Shown: positions 13,275 through 25,426 of the stretch, one piece after another
How the letters are laid out: every line of letters begins with the position of its first letter
Numbering within the stretch: position 1 is the stretch's first letter
Assembly: GCA_951406725.2 (NCBI GenBank)
Contig: OX597814.1
Coordinates: forward strand, 50,468,001 to 50,532,000
Reading direction: 5' to 3'
Source: Octopus vulgaris
Lineage: Eukaryota
DNA length: 64,000 bases
Notes under the pieces: model-generated
Databases searched by the model: none
Told to the model about the DNA's origin: nothing
Seen by the model: only the letters and a program-made list of their open reading frames with translations
Position numbers and translations under genes: made by a program

Positions 13275-16183
13275 GTATATGCATTGTGTGTCTCTGTGTG
13301 TGTGTGCATAGGGACAAACATTGTTGTGTTGTAGGTGCACACACATTAAGCAGTCACCCACTTATACGATTGCATACACAAAAATTCTTACACAATATTT
13401 CTATAATTTTTTTTTATACATTCACACATTCTCTTTGTGTTCATGTGTGTGTGCTTGTGTGTGTGTGTGTGTATGTGTGTGTGCATTTATGCATGTATCA
13501 ATGTGCTTATCTGTAATATATATATATATATATCCACACTTATATATATAACTCATCCAAACTCATCACAGACTCATCCAATCTATGCTTACGCATACCG
13601 CTTTGCATACTTTGACACACGAACACATATACATGTGCTGATTTTCTTCCCTTCTACCCACTCCTCCCGCTCACTCTCTGCCTGTATGGTTTTTCCCTCT
13701 CGCTTACACACACGCGCGTACACACAGACGCACACACACTCATTACATACGTTAGTACATATATACTAACACAAAAACATACATACTATATCTATCATCT
13801 CACACATGCAAACAGAAGGTGGGAGTATCTGTGGGACGTAAAGTCATTGATGAAGAGTTATATTAATGAATATAGTATATGTAAACATTTCTATTCTCTC
13901 CGGGAAGGAATTTTCTGGGCTAAAACGAGAGATCATGAGATCAACGATTAAAGATCACAATTTCTGCTCTTGTTTCAATCTCATCAGCTCCAGTGTGGCC
14001 CGTGTTTCATGGACTCACGTTTAGTAATAAACATTTAATAAAATCCTAAGTACAGACAGCAGCTGTCGAAATAGGCAAACTTTTTGCCAAAAGTTTGCAG
14101 TGGATTGCGGAAATGAGCATGTTTGTATTGATTTTTAATCTTGGCACACGACCATAAAATTTGAAGGAAAATGCAGTTGATTATATAGAATCCAGATTAT
14201 TATTGATACTTATTTTATCAACCCTGGAAGAATGAAATAAATAGTAATTTGAACTTAGAATGTAAAAGGTTGTAAAAACTTTGCTCGTCGCTTTATCTTT
14301 CCTACTTATGCCCCGAACTAAAAAGAGTATATCACTTTCACTTTCAATGGCAACAAAAGGGAATATTATTTGACCGAAGCCGATAAGGTTCTCAGCTTTC
14401 ACTATCAGCGTTGTGTCCGCAGCCAAAAGACTTTTGGCAGGTCTTTCGTCATTTATTCTTCATTGGTAGAACACTATACTAAGAAGGCTTCGATTAAAGA
14501 CGAGAATGACCACGCGGATATTTATTTGAGTTTCATATACTGTATTTAATATGAGACATTTCTATTTACGTGTGTACAAATATTTGATTTAATGAAACCA
14601 CATTCATGATATTATCTAGCATGTTGTATATTATTGTGAAAATAATGTTATGAAATTAAGTAATACTTATTGAAGACAGATTAAGTAGAAAGAGTTGGAA
14701 CTACTGCATCTAAGAAATGTGTGCACGATTCGACATGCCAACCCAAGATCGGAACCTACTGGCGAATATATCACAAGCATGTTAAGTTTCAAAAACTATA
14801 AGATGGCGAAAGAATATCTCACTGGGCAGAGCTCATAACTCCAGGTTGACTACTGGATGACTCTGGTCTGAGGTTGAATTCGCTGGCCTTTTATGTCAGT
14901 AAGCAAAAGTTTTAGAACTTTCGATCAAGATGGGTTTTTTTTGGGGGGGGGGGGCTTGCATAATTCCCTTTCAGTTCACTGCATCAACCATAACATGTGA
15001 GCTAATGCTGATTGGTTAAGCCATATTGTCAAAGGCTTTAATGCCTTTAATGCCTTGACAAATTGCTTTCTATGGTCCTGAATAGACCATGTTCCAGAAC
15101 TGTAAAACCTGAGAGCAATGAGTCAATTCTCAGCAATCATAGAAGTAATAGAACTCGCCGGTAAAGCATCGGTAAACTATGCATTTAACGAGTCTTTACA
15201 AAGACTGCATCGACTGTAGAGAAAATTGCTTTTAACACACTATATTATTAGGAAGATTTTAATGAGGCCGCAAAAACATACGGAATCTGACATTGAAGCA
15301 TATTTGTTGTATGCATGTGTACCGTAAATTAATAATCTACGGAAAGATTTTTTAAAATTTATAATTGCGTTTTATTTTTCAATAGTTTATTATTTTTTTA
15401 ATTTTGTCTTTTTGAATGAATAATCTAGAATTTAGTGTAAATTTCATTATATCAAAAGCGCACAGTTGCTCACAAGGACAGGTTCTTAGTGACAGTTTTA
15501 CGGTATTAGGTGGATAAGAGATAAAAGTCCCTCGCCATGAGATGCCCGTATGTTGCAGAGAATATTCTAAAAACGTACTGGTATTTCCGATAGCTTTGTG
15601 AACTGATGCCCAAAGGTAAAACGAAGCATATGCAGGGAATCTCATGTCATAACTTTTGATTGGATAATCCAGACTTGGCCATTTCACTCCTATATGGCTT
15701 GCTGATGGAAGTTGTAACTTGTTCACCGTAAAACTCCACATTAAGAAATAAATGTGAGATTTTGATCTTAATAATGAAAATAATAGTAAAAACAAAAAAT
15801 GGGAATGAGTTGCTTTAAGCTTATCCATAAGGTTTGTACATTCGGTATGTACATTCGGATACAGAAAAAATTCCATCTCAATATTTACTATAAAAAGTTC
15901 TCGAGTGCAAAATATTAGAATTCAGTTTTCCAGCTGACTTAAATACTAATTAGCAAATATTGCACTGTATAAAGAATCTGTTCTACTTGGTTTTCAATGG
16001 GAAACGGAAAGTTTTCTGCTTGTAGGAAAAGGTGGTTAGTTAATGTACATCGATAAAATAAAATATTGAAATATTATTGTGATAGCTTAGACAGGTACAA
16101 TGGCCGATACTTCAAATTAGCTGTAAACTTTTTGTTTCAGTAGTCTTGTATGTAGATTTTCTAAAGTTATTCGGTGTCGATCT

Positions 16184-16395
16184 TTTATCTTTTATATGTT
16201 TTGATCATAGGACTGTGGCCATGTTGATGCACTGTCTTGAAGGGTTTAATCGAACAAATAGACCTGAGTACTTTTTTCTAAGTCTGATACTTTTTCTATT
16301 GATCACATTAACCGAACCGCTAATTTACAGGGAGGTAAACTAAAAGCAGCAGTTGTCAAGCGGTTGTGGGGGACAGACAGACGCACACTAATGTG
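16184..16395 (-). mobile_element. SINE group C, 3' half (5' half at 17729-17850)
   Basis: Diverged match to the group C tail. The copy is split at its internal microsatellite by a Helitron. Confidence 0.75.
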
Positions 16396-16439
16396 TGTGT
16401 ATCTATACATATATTTCTATCTATCTATCTATCTATCTA

Positions 16440-16485
<46 letters not shown>

Positions 16486-16659
16486 CTAGCATTAAAGACC
16501 CGTCGTTGCCGGGTCATAGTGCTAGTGCATGTAAATATGTGTATATATATGTGTACATATTAAATGTACATCTATATATATATACATCTACACATAAGAT
16601 ACAAAATACAAAGTTATATCTTGATATCGCTAATGATAACAATACTCAAAATATATAAC

Positions 16660-17070
16660 AGACTGGAATTGTTAGCCCGTTTCTTGTAATTTCGATCAAT
16701 TGTATCTTGCTCTCCCTCTTGTATAGAAGTGTGGCTACCTCTACTTCTGGGGGCATTTAAAAATTTTTTTCCGGGACGTCCTACGTCCCAGATATAAAGG
16801 TAAAAATAAAATATTTCCACAGTTCCAGCATGGCCGCGGCCTTCGGGCTAAAACATTTTTAAGGATTTAAGGATTTAAGTTCGAGTCGAGTACTCCCTTG
16901 CACGCTCCATTGACTCGAACCTTGCTTCTATTGTGGCGAATTTACCGCCTCTGATTAGATACCTTTCATAGTCGTACCAAGACACTATTCGAAGGTGCTT
17001 TCCTCCATGTGTTCAAATCTTCTTTTTCTCGACATTGTATACTTTATAGACAATAGTCTTTTCTTTAATT
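16660..17070 (-). pseudogene. Fragment of a Tx1-like ORF1 (gag-like) gene
   Basis: KTIVYKVYNVEKK, FATIEARFESMERAREYST and LFLPLYLGRRTSRKKI align with RTVIYKTLSLKGKK, DTVEARFDSEDKAKRHAT and LVFPPTYL*RRVSKI at 26.9-27.2 kb. Confidence 0.65.
16825..16878 (+). mobile_element. Extremely 5'-truncated copy of the CR1/L2-group LINE tail
   Basis: CCAGCATGGCCGCGGCCTTCGGGCTAAAACATTTTTAAGGATTTAAGGATTTA is identical to 62465-62517. It is flanked by AGTTC on both sides. Confidence 0.9.
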
Positions 17071-17681
17071 CAATTTTTTATTATCCATCTGGACTATTCC
17101 ATCTCTGCACGCTAATTTTATTTTTAATTTATTCCCATTCATGTGAAACCAATTATTCAAGTTCAAGTCATTGATAAAATTTTATATCAATTGCTATTTT
17201 TACTTTTGTTATGTTACTTTAGTTTGATTTTAATTATTACTTACTACATATAATTCAATTGTTATTATTATTTTTATTGTTAAAGTGAAAGTATCTGACA
17301 TAAAATAGAGAAAGGTTTTTGTTTCACTTTTACCACGTAATACTGAAATAGTGGAGAAGATATGATATTGCTATGGGCTCGCTCTAGGCAAGAAGTTGAA
17401 CATTTCTTTTGCCCATGAAACTACATGGACCCTAAGTAAGGCATGTGTAAAATTTGAATGGAATTGGTTGTTGTTCTCAAATTTTAGGGAATCGTAGTGG
17501 AGAAGATATGATATTGCTGTGGGCTCGCCCTAGACAAAAGGTTCAAAATTCTTTTTGCCGATGACACTCCCCGGACCCTAAGTAAGGTATTTGTAAAATT
17601 TGAATGAAATTGGTTGAGTAGTTCTCAAGTTTTAGGGAAACACACACAGACAGACACACATTCTCAGTTTTATATATATAT

Positions 17682-17728
<47 letters not shown>

Positions 17729-17730
<2 letters not shown>

Positions 17731-17850
17731 GACAGACTTCTTTCAGTTTCCGCCCACCGAATTCGCTTAGAAAACTTTGGTCGGCCCGAGGCTAAAGCAG
17801 AAGAAATTCACCTAAGATGCCACGCTTAACATACAGCCATGCCGCCTCCT
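17729..17850 (-). mobile_element. SINE group C, 5' half
   Basis: Reverse-complement match to 32630-32790. Confidence 0.75.
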
Positions 17851-18051
17851 ATGGATGTCTTTTCTAGTGGATATTAACGTAGTAATATATGACGATAGCA
17901 AAACATTCGCCAAAGTTTCTGTTTAGTTTGATGCTCTTGTTTTTACTGTGTTGATAGTATAAAGTCGATTAAGACACATTTTTATTGCTATACCAAATGT
18001 AGCGAATTGGTGGAAATAGCGAACTCTCGCTATGATATTTAATTTGAGGTT

Positions 18052-18468
18052 ATCTTATATCTTTTACTTGTTTCATTCATTAGACTACGGCCATGTTGGG
18101 GCACCGTCCTGAAAAATGTCGAGTCGAATGAATCGACACCAGGACTTATTTTTTAAAGCCTAATATTAATTCTATCAGTTTCTTTTGTTGAACTGCTATG
18201 TAACGGAGACATAAACACACTAGCACCAGTTGTCGATTGGTGATGGGTTGCAAACACAGATACAAAGACACACACATAGATATAGATATACATATATATA
18301 TATACGACAGGCTTCGTTCAGTTTCCGTCTACTAGATCCATTCACAAGGATTTCGTCGGCCCGAAGCTATAGTAGAAGACACTTGAGAAGGTGCCTAGTA
18401 GTGGGATTGAACCTGGAGCCATGTGATTGCGATGCAAGCTTCATATCACACAGCCACGCCTGAGCCTA
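18052..18468 (-). mobile_element. SINE group C, near full length
   Basis: Head, internal microsatellite and tail are collinear with 32625-33062. Confidence 0.85.
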
Positions 18469-21078
18469 TATTTATCGAGATTCCAAAAGTTCCTTTCGCT
18501 TCCTTTGGATTGGAAATGTCACGCTTGTTCGTATCATTTTTTGTGGTTTATAACAGAGCAAAGTCTTCCGGTTACTGTCTGTTGGATTATTCTCAAAATT
18601 TTATGAATTTATAAAAAAAATGTGATGAGTTCCTTCAGGTTATCTTGGCAGGTAAAGTACAGATTTGTTATGAATCTGTGACTTACACGCTGGTTATTCA
18701 TGATTTTACTGGGCAAGATGCTTATTCTACTTTCCTACAAATCTTAACACGTACCAATTCGTTTGAAATTGTCAAAATATTATGGATATTATGAATATAT
18801 TCCTTGCAAAGGAATATATTTATTGCTCTTCATAGAACGCAAGTGGAATACCGGTCGTACCAAGTTTATTCTTTTAGCTCTTAATGATGTCCCGGTGTTA
18901 CATGGATTTTCAAGGTCTTAAGAAACCTTTGCATAGTAAAGTAATAACATTTTATATGGTTACCAATAAACATTTAATACAGTTTATAAAGATAACATAA
19001 ATACACACACAATCATGTAAGAAATTTAAATGAAAAATACATTTGCTTCAGAGTTGATATTTGGTAGTAGCAAATTATGGATGAAATTTGTTTAAATATA
19101 TTCACCTGTTATTTTCTTATATATTTTATATTTAATACACGTAATTTATTATAACATAGATTATAGAAGGAATATATTTAAATATATTTAAATATTGGTA
19201 TTTAAACCAATAATTGATTTGCCAGAATTAAACTATTATTATTCCATTTCATATTATCAAACGGGATTTTAAAAAGGAACAGTGTGTATTTATAGGTTAT
19301 ATACCAGCACTTCAATATTGTATACCAGCAATTTCATATTTCTTTAACGGCATCAGTTCGATGTTTCTTTACATTATACAACACTTAATACCAATATCGT
19401 AGTCGATACAAGTAAAATGATGGCTGCGCATCAAGACTGAACCTGTTCCTTAATTAGTATATTCCTCTAGAGTGCAATCTTATATTTCAAGATGACATCT
19501 CAATCATTTAATTTACATTCAATTTATTTGGATAGGAATTTTCCGCATAAACATGTTAAAAGTGTTTTATTAATTTCATTTGGCATTTTTCATAATCCAT
19601 TTTATTGGTTTTCTTTTTTAACGAAGATTTAACATTTAGACAGTCACAGATGACTTTATATTATGTATTTATGCCAAAGCCTTCTAAACGAAACATAGGA
19701 TGATCAAAACGACTATTCCTGTCAAACTTTAACTGTTCCTAGCTCATAGTTGCGGTGCGTTGGAATGTCATATTCCCTCTGTATATATCCTTTGACGTCA
19801 TTGGATCAACACAATGGGGCCAAGGGAGATATCAAGCAACGTTTCCCCATCCATCAATAACGATACACAGTGTAGCTAAAAGGTCATCAAACCCAACTGG
19901 GGAAATTGAAGGGACTAACCCAATGCGATCAGTGGCATAACCTTTTAGACATGATATCTGAGCCAGCATAAGTTTACACAGTTCGCTGTCTGAAGCCAAA
20001 CCTCCGCCATACTGTTATGCTCGTCTCGATTTGTTGAAGGATATAAAATTAATCTTTATTTTTGTTTCGTCTTTTTCGTCATCTGCCCTACTTCTTCGTC
20101 TCTTGTTAATAGTAACATGATTTCCATGTATGTTATTTGAGAATGTACAAGTAATTTTTTTTAGCATTTTGTCTCCACCTGACTTTCACTTTACATTGTT
20201 CACGCTGCTAACAGTACACTCAGTCATTTAATAGTCAGATTTTATTTCGGAATATTTTATTTGTAGATATTTACTCAGAAATTACGCAGCGTTTAAAGTA
20301 ACCTGCAATGTAAATTGAACCGAGCGACAAGTTCAAGTAATCATAGCTGTGACCAGATATTTAATATCGATTATTTAAAAGTGATTAATTCGGGGTCAAC
20401 GAAGCTCGTTCAATGTCAGTCCATTCGGTCAGAAATCAAAATATTCGTTTCGAATAACAGTCCCACAGTTCCTGTGATTTCCTAACAGAAAACTTACGTA
20501 GTTTTTAGCATAATAACATCTAATTTGATACTATCTATCGAGAACATTTCAGTTCTTTAATATGATCATTAGTTTTCCAATAAACTTTTAGGCAGTGTCA
20601 CAAATAATAAATTCTACATTCTTGGTGAAAAGTAGCAATTTTATGACTTCCATCTTAAATAAAGTTGGACATAAATTAAGGTAAACAAATACATTTCGGA
20701 ATATAGTGGCTGAACTTCAAACTATATTAATAAAACATTATTAAGGTTTCGATTTAAGAGAAGTGATTATATTTTCTTACTAACTCTCGAATAAACCTTA
20801 CAAACACACGCAAATAGATCACTCATTTATATACATACAAAATGCACAAAAATACACACACAAATAACTACATACATGCGCAGAGAACTACATACATACA
20901 CATGAACAAACACATACACACATACGCACCCATATATTTGTTAGTTACTAGTAAGGACACAGTATTTCGTTTTGCAACCATAATCTACAACCATGTATAT
21001 TAAAGGTTTACAAGTCAATGTTTCTCTTACTTTCGTGTTAGCAGTGCTATATTCTCATTTTTAAGTGATAAATTATAG

Positions 21079-21174
21079 TTTTTTTATAGAATTCAGAACC
21101 AGCACTGTAAGTTACGAGGTTTCGTTTACGAATACGTCATAACTTACAGTGCTGGCTCTGAAATCTACAGAAAA
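21079..21174. repeat. Near-perfect palindrome/hairpin with ~45-bp arms
   Basis: TAGAATTCAGAACCAGCACTGTAAGTTACGAGGTTTCGT is followed after TT by its imperfect reverse complement. Confidence 0.9.
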
Positions 21175-22139
21175 TAAATAGTTCACCTCATATTTATATA
21201 CAGTGATCGGGGTCCTAATTGCCGTAGACGGAAAATTGTAAATTGCCAAATTTTTTCTAAAAGACAGAAACAGTAAACAAAAAACTTAACAGCGATAATT
21301 AGGGACTCAGAATGAGAATTGGAGATGCACCAGCGAAGCAGATGGAGACATTTGACAGATGCAAAAACAAGTTCTAAAGGTTGGTTTTGAAGAAATGCTT
21401 GCGTTCCGAAAATTAACTGATATAATAGCAACAAAGCAGCATGATGACACGGTCCAACGTAGACTGTCCCTCATTATCTACTTCACTAAGCCTTAGAAAG
21501 GCAATAGTGGGGTGGATGCATGAAAAGATGTATTTAAATATGTTGGGAACAGGGAGTCATAAGAGGTACATGAATGACTGCGCAGTAAATCCAGCAAAGG
21601 CGACGTGCCGTAGGTTTGTAGCTATATCCACAATGATCTACTTTGCTGACGCTGAATTCAGAAGTATAAAAGAGCAATGAACTGCAATGAACATTTTGCC
21701 ATATACAGAGCACAGTGGGGTGTAAAAAAAAAGATAGAAGCTGAGAGCAAATAGCAATCCTCCACAAGGAATGAAACAAAATGTTCACTGCATGATTAGT
21801 GTTTTCTATGCCTAGTTCGGTACGATAACTGCATGGATTATAGAAGGAAGAAAAGTGTGCTGTAATGTGTGTCAAAAGAAACAAGGCATTTCTTGTTAAC
21901 CTTAATACTGCTCGGTACTATTGGTGTCGTTGACAATGTCGTGAATCTGATTAGCAATCCAGTTGTCAGTTACTGAGAAGAATATATCAGCGATTGAGCT
22001 CTTGATGGAATATATTATACATAATACTAATATATATATATATATCAAAGAATTATTATTACCGTTATGAATAATAATAATGATAACAATAAGGGGGCTA
22101 GCAAGTTAACATCTTTACAGGTAAAATATAAATTAAATT

Positions 22140-22576
22140 CAGACACAGCAGGGTATTTAAATACCACTTGCTATAAACAGAGCCATCGCTCCAAAACCAT
22201 CAATAATTCACTATCAAAATACACACGGGCAATGCAACGAATACAGCAGAAGCAGGCTTACTTTAAGTGGAATACAGAATGAAGGAATGTGTATATTTCA
22301 AAATCAATTGATTTTACCCTCTGTATGAAAAAACCATACTTTGAGCTCTTCAATTGAAAATAACACGTTAAACATTATTTCTGAAATATTCATCACATTA
22401 TCTCGTTGTGCGTTCTTTATTTAAACGTCTCCGCGACATTCAAAATAAAAAGTATTATTACCTGTATGGATAATAATAATGATAATAATGTGTGTACTTT
22501 AATAGTGAATTATTGGTGGTTTTGGAGCGATGGCTTTGTTTATAGCAAGTGGTATTTTAATACCCCACTGCATCTA
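22140..22576. repeat. Inverted repeat with ~86-bp arms (22140-22225 and 22489-22576)
   Basis: GGGTATTTAAATACCACTTGCTATAAACAGAGCCATCGCTCCAAAACC... and its reverse complement are both present. Confidence 0.85.
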
Positions 22577-22872
22577 ATATATATATATATGTAGAAGGTT
22601 GAAAAGGAACACACAAGTTCCTATATAGAAAAAAAGTCAAGGTAGAAAATGCTTAAATAGTTTTATAAAAACATATCAGTACCCGTTTCGGTCATTGAGA
22701 CTTTTTCAACTGTAAGTATAGAAAACAATTAAATTTTGGAAAAGTTAAAAGAAAAGTTTTAAAAGAATATTTGCATAGTATTCAAGTACAAGGGGTATTT
22801 TCCTTGTTTCTGCCTGTCTCTGTCTCTCTTGTTTACTCTTATGGGTTCGAGGTCGTTGTGAATTCTTGGCAG

Positions 22873-23075
22873 AGAAGAAGAAGAAGAAGAAGAAGAAGAA
22901 GAAGAAGAAGAAGAAGGAGGAGGAGGAGGAGAAGAAGAAGAAGAAGAAAAAGAAGAAGAAGAAGGAGGAAGAGGAGGAGGAGGAGGAGGAGGAGGAGGGA
23001 AGGAGGAGGAGGAGGAGGAGAAGAAGAAGAAGAAGAAGAAGAAGAAGAAGAAGAAGAAGAAGAAGAAGAAGAAGA
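22873..23075 (+). repeat. (GAA)n/(GGA)n polypurine tract; a similar tract lies at 50949-51073
   Basis: Directly visible. Confidence 0.95.
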
Positions 23076-23722
23076 AAGTCCCTCCTAGCGTGCGGTACCT
23101 ATGAATAATAGTACCCTCTATATAATATAAATAAGTATTTTCAAAGTTGAAAAAATTTTTTTCTCTTACGAGGTTTTTCACGCTAACTACTGATAATTTC
23201 TTATAAAGATTTTATCCTTATTTTAAAATTTATGTTTTTCACCGGAATAGTTCAATACTGAATTTTTGTTCCGAGTAGGCAAGTTGTGACCGAAATGCAT
23301 TGCAAAAAAGCCCGCCATTTTCATAGATATGTAAAGATAAACATTCGTACATGCTGCGGCGAATTCTACGGTTGGTTGTCGGGTATGTGATGTTGTGTTT
23401 TTTCTTATATGTCTTGAGTTCGTTGCACTGAAGAGCATAGAATGCATATTCTGCATTGATTGCGAAATCACAGGTGACATGTAACTAAATTATGTTTTTA
23501 AATGAGTCGCTTTGAAGTTTTGCATTCGGTACAATTTGTTTATTTTAGTAGTTTTGACTGCAAAAGTCCCTCCTAGCGTGCGGTACCTATGAATAATAGT
23601 ACCCTCTATATAATTTAAATAAGTATTTTCAAAGTTGAAAAAATTTACAGATTTTTTCTCTTACGAGGTTTTTCACGCTAACTACTGATAATTTCTTATA
23701 AAGATTTTATCCTTATTTTTAA
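23075..23722 (+). mobile_element. Partial tandem (~487-bp unit plus a ~160-bp repeat) containing a hammerhead fold; retrozyme or Penelope pLTR-like
   Basis: 23075-23228 is repeated almost identically at 23562-23722, and the hammerhead lies between the two copies. Confidence 0.7.
23422..23485 (+). ncRNA. Type I hammerhead ribozyme-like motif with a U16.1-to-C change
   Basis: GTTGCA-CTGAAGA-GCA...TGC-GAAA-TCA(cagg)TGA-CA-TGTAAC. All three stems pair, but the cleavage triplet is ACA instead of NUH. Confidence 0.65.
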
Positions 23723-24229
23723 ATATATATATATATACATATATATAGTTTATATCTTCAGTTTTGGTGTTGCACAGCTTATACTTGTTGTCTGCCAATG
23801 TTCTCTGCCTTTTATGGTGTATTTACTTGGTGGAAATCTCTTGTCTTTGAATTGCATAGAGGTAGTTTTCGAAATGCGATGTCATAAACTTGTCGGTATT
23901 CCATGCGAAGCTTTTGACATGATGAATCGCGTCCATGGTTTGTGTTTTTCGTGCCAAGCACCATGTAGTATCTTCTCACTGAAGTGGTCCTTTTTTTTTA
24001 TTTTGTTCTTCCGATAGATATATTTTACCAATGATCCTGGTACCTCTCCTCGTGTTCATTAGTTATCTTAACTATGTTGTTGATTTCATATTCGCAAACT
24101 TGGACAAGATAGTTACTAGTCTGTCTGTATGTATGTATGTATGTATGTATATATGTATGCATGCATGAATGTGTGTATGTGTGTGTACATATATATATTT
24201 ATATATGTGTGTGTGTATGTGTGTGTATG

Positions 24230-24329
24230 TGTGTTGCCTTTGGGCAATTTGTCTACCACTTGACGAAATTTATATATATATATATATTCATTTCGTCAAG
24301 TGGTAGACGAATTGCCCAAAGACAACACA
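24230..24329. repeat. Inverted repeat with 40-bp arms around a (TA)n loop
   Basis: TGTGTTGCCTTTGGGCAATTTGTCTACCACTTGACGAAAT versus its reverse complement, with 2 mismatches. Confidence 0.9.
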
Positions 24330-24384
24330 ATCTAACCGAAGGCAAGACAAACTACATAGAGCAGCTGCAACAAAAACATGTATG

Positions 24385-24572
24385 CAGTACATTATGCAAA
24401 ATGGTTGGTGTTAAGAAGGGTATCTAAATGTAGAAATTAGTCTAAAACAGTCGTCTAAGTAGAATTTGGCCGTTCCATTCCTCAAGGAGGGCTGGTGAGC
24501 CAATAAAAATTATTCATATCCTGTCGAACCGTCCAGCTCACGGTAGTATGGAAAAAGGATTTAAAATGATGA
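24385..24572 (+). mobile_element. Degenerate RTE-related 3' tail
   Basis: ATGGTTGGTGTTAAGAAGGGTATCTAAATGTAGAAA resembles the minus-strand tail at 27960-28000 and ends in ATGATGA. Confidence 0.5.
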
Positions 24573-25167
24573 GTAGGCGGAGGATGAAACCGACGAAGAA
24601 GAGAAGAGGGAGAAGGAGTAGGAGAAAGTACATATCTAAGAATGTATGGATGCTTGCTTGTATAAATATGATTACTTGTATAGCTTGCGTACATATGTAC
24701 ACAAAACATGCACAGGATAAAGAGCTGACTACTGATTGTATAGTTAAAATAATATTCATTATTGATTCTTTTTATTGTAATGCATATTTACTTCGAGGTT
24801 TTGCTGAGAATGGCTTTCTCAAAACTGTTTTTGTAAACTAGTAATAATAGTTAATGTTAATAATTTCAAAAATTATTAATAAACGACATTGCGTATTATC
24901 TATTGTTTAGTACCAGACACATATTATCTCTGTTACTAAACGATGCGCTTGGAATTATAAATTTATACAGAAATAGATATATTGATCAAACAGATAACAA
25001 TATATAACTTTACCGACAAACAAATGCAATAAAGCAACCTTTAATCCAAAGAGAAAACGATTTCATCAATATGTGTGTGTATGTGTGTGTGTTGCATATA
25101 TGTGTGTATGTGTGTTGCATGTATGTGTTTGTGTGTGTGTGTGTGTGTGTGTGAGTGTATACATGTG

Positions 25168-25426
25168 AAGGCGCATGGCTTAGTGATTCGGGTGTTGCAC
25201 TCACGACTGCGAGATTGTGGGTTCGATTCCCAGACCGGGCGTTGCGTTGTGTTCTTGAGCAAGGCACTTCATTTCACGTTGCTCTGCGATCATTTCGACA
25301 TATGACATGTGGTACCCGTTGCACCTGCACAGGCAATGTCGATCTGATGGAGAGGGTGAGCTTATGTCTACACAAACATTTGATCACCATAAACATATCA
25401 TCTGTGTGGTTTTTCGGTAAGAAATT
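25168..25426 (+). mobile_element. SINE group B (tRNA-derived head); probably resumes at 27714-27750
   Basis: Head GGCGCATGGCTTAGTGATT...GGTTCGATTCCC with A and B boxes, followed by TTCTTGAGCAAGGCACTT. Confidence 0.8.

Larger units (their letters stand above)
16486..17684 (-). mobile_element. Non-autonomous Helitron carrying a LINE ORF1-like fragment
   Basis: The minus-strand 3' end reads GACCCG-gcaacga-CGGGTC-tttaatg-CTAG|T. The 5' end (TATATAAAACTGAGAATGTGTGTCTGTCTG) resembles the 12026 Helitron start, but the terminal TC is eroded. An internal ~147-bp tandem duplication lies at 17349-17640. Confidence 0.75.

Noticed and set aside
14700-15880. Ancient piggyBac-like transposase, including the 165-aa ORF at 15379-15876
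   Set aside because: Only faint motif echoes (for example KNLSL*ATVR) are visible; an HMM search would be needed.
21240-21900. Coding-like segment or decayed LINE
   Set aside because: No convincing motif in the frames translated.
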